Below, in pieces: positions 62,986 to 64,000 of a stretch of DNA of 64,000 nt. The notes beneath the pieces were generated by a model. The model searched no databases. It saw only the letters and a list, made by a program, of their open reading frames with translations, and was not told where the DNA came from. Each line of letters opens with the position of its first letter. Position 1 is the first letter of the stretch. Where the stretch lies: positions 248,001 through 312,000 of the forward strand of contig JASTWF010000369.1 in the NCBI GenBank assembly GCA_030390025.1, in the 5' to 3' direction. Position numbers and translations under genes: made by a program. Source of the stretch: Squalus acanthias (Eukaryota).

Positions 62986-64000
62986 ATGGGGGCTGTACTG
63001 GCAGTCGTCCTCGCCCTCCAGGATCAACAGTGAAGGGAGCGAAGGCAGGGAGAAAGATGGAATCTTGTGCACAGAGGGAGGTGGTGGGCCACCAGGGCTG
63101 TCAACAGGAGGCCTTACCCTCCTACGGTCTTCCAACAGCACTTCTCGTAACCTTCAAATAAGCAACGTGTATAAGGAGGCTCCGCTTCAGCAAGGAGCTG
63201 GACACAGAACTCTGCCATCTCCTGCAACCTGACCTCGAGCCTCAGGTCAGGGCGACCACGGCTTTCCCTGTGCCAAGGTCACCGTGGCACTCAATTTCTT
63301 CACCAGCGGAACCTTCCAGTCTGCAGCGGGAGAAGGGACGACATTGGCTTCCCGATCTCAAGACCGAAGCAGGACGAGCGTGCATGTGACTTTCCCAGGA
63401 TAGCGGGATTCCCCATGGTGCAGGGCGCCATTGACTGCACCCAGGTGGCTTTGTGACCAACGCATAATCCTGAGATCATCTGTAACTAAAAAGGCTACCA
63501 CTCACTTAATGTGCAGTTGGTGTGCGACCACGCACAGCGAAACCTGAACGGCAATGCCCGCAATCCCAGCACCAGACACGATGCCTTCATCCTGTGCCCG
63601 CATTCTTCCAGCCACCAGGTCAAGCTCGCCGCTGGTTGCTCGGTGACAAGGACTATCTGCTTTTCACCTGGCTCATGTCTCCCCTCCACAAACCCATCGC
63701 TCGTGCCCAGCACTCATATAATGAGAGCCATGCTGCCACCAGGAACATCATCGAGCAGACCATCGGACAACTGAAGCAACTTTCCTGCTGGCCTACCCGC
63801 TCGGGTGGAGCCCTCCAGTGCTCGCGGGCGTGGGTGTCCAATTTCCTGGTGGTCTGCTGCATGCTCGACAACCAGCAGGGATTGCGGTACCACCTCAGGA
63901 GGATGACGAGGCAGAGGAGGATGAGCATGAGGAGGAGGAGGAGGAGGAAGAGGACGAGGAGGAGGAGGACGAGGAGGAGGAGGAACAGGAGCGAGGGTGG
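62986..64000 (+). pseudogene. Harbinger DDE transposase pseudogene, many frameshifts and stops
   Basis: Across frames: MGAVLAV, LRFSKE..ELCHLLQPDL, KVTVALNFFTSGTFQ, GFPMVQGAIDCT, KGYHSLNVQLVCD, HDAFIL, WLLGDK, YNESHAATRNIIEQTIGQLK, RSGGALQ, VVCCML. Confidence 0.93.
63897..63990 (+). repeat. Imperfect (GAG)n tract, acidic C-terminal region of the transposase
   Basis: GAGGAGGAGGAG... directly after the C-C-M-L-x-N motif. Confidence 0.8.

Larger units (their letters stand above)
62493..64000 (+). mobile_element. Second Harbinger transposon, truncated by the window edge
   Basis: TIR-like start GGGGAGAAATTCG followed ~500 bp later by a transposase relic; start coordinate tentative. Confidence 0.75.

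Noticed and set aside
62986..64000. Domesticated host HARBI1 gene
   Set aside because: Numerous stops and frameshifts and a TIR-like start indicate a dead transposon copy.

Overview
Eukaryotic, repeat-dominated window, most likely from a cartilaginous fish (inferred from the HER1/CR1-type LINE 3' ends and the fish-type ERV and Harbinger families). No intact host gene is evident. Bases 1-44.65 kb and 56.2-56.9 kb are a 31-bp satellite (consensus CAGAAACACCCACTGTCTGGGTCTGAATTAT) with regional monomer subfamilies and a young ~1575/3057-bp higher-order repeat. Two related ~750-bp PIF/Harbinger-type MITEs sit inside it and carry several hairpins with compensatory base changes. At the array edge is a four-level nested insertion: an old sense CR1, containing an antisense CR1, containing an internally deleted endogenous retrovirus (5-bp TSD, tRNA-Ser PBS, UGA-CUAG gag-pro junction, no RT/RNase H, gamma-type env), whose 3' LTR contains a near-intact full-length CR1 (esterase ORF1, APE-RT ORF2, 152-bp 5' monomers). 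The last 5.4 kb hold decayed Harbinger elements: a three-exon Myb/SANT-like gene and two transposase relics. All alignments and counts were done by eye and are approximate.
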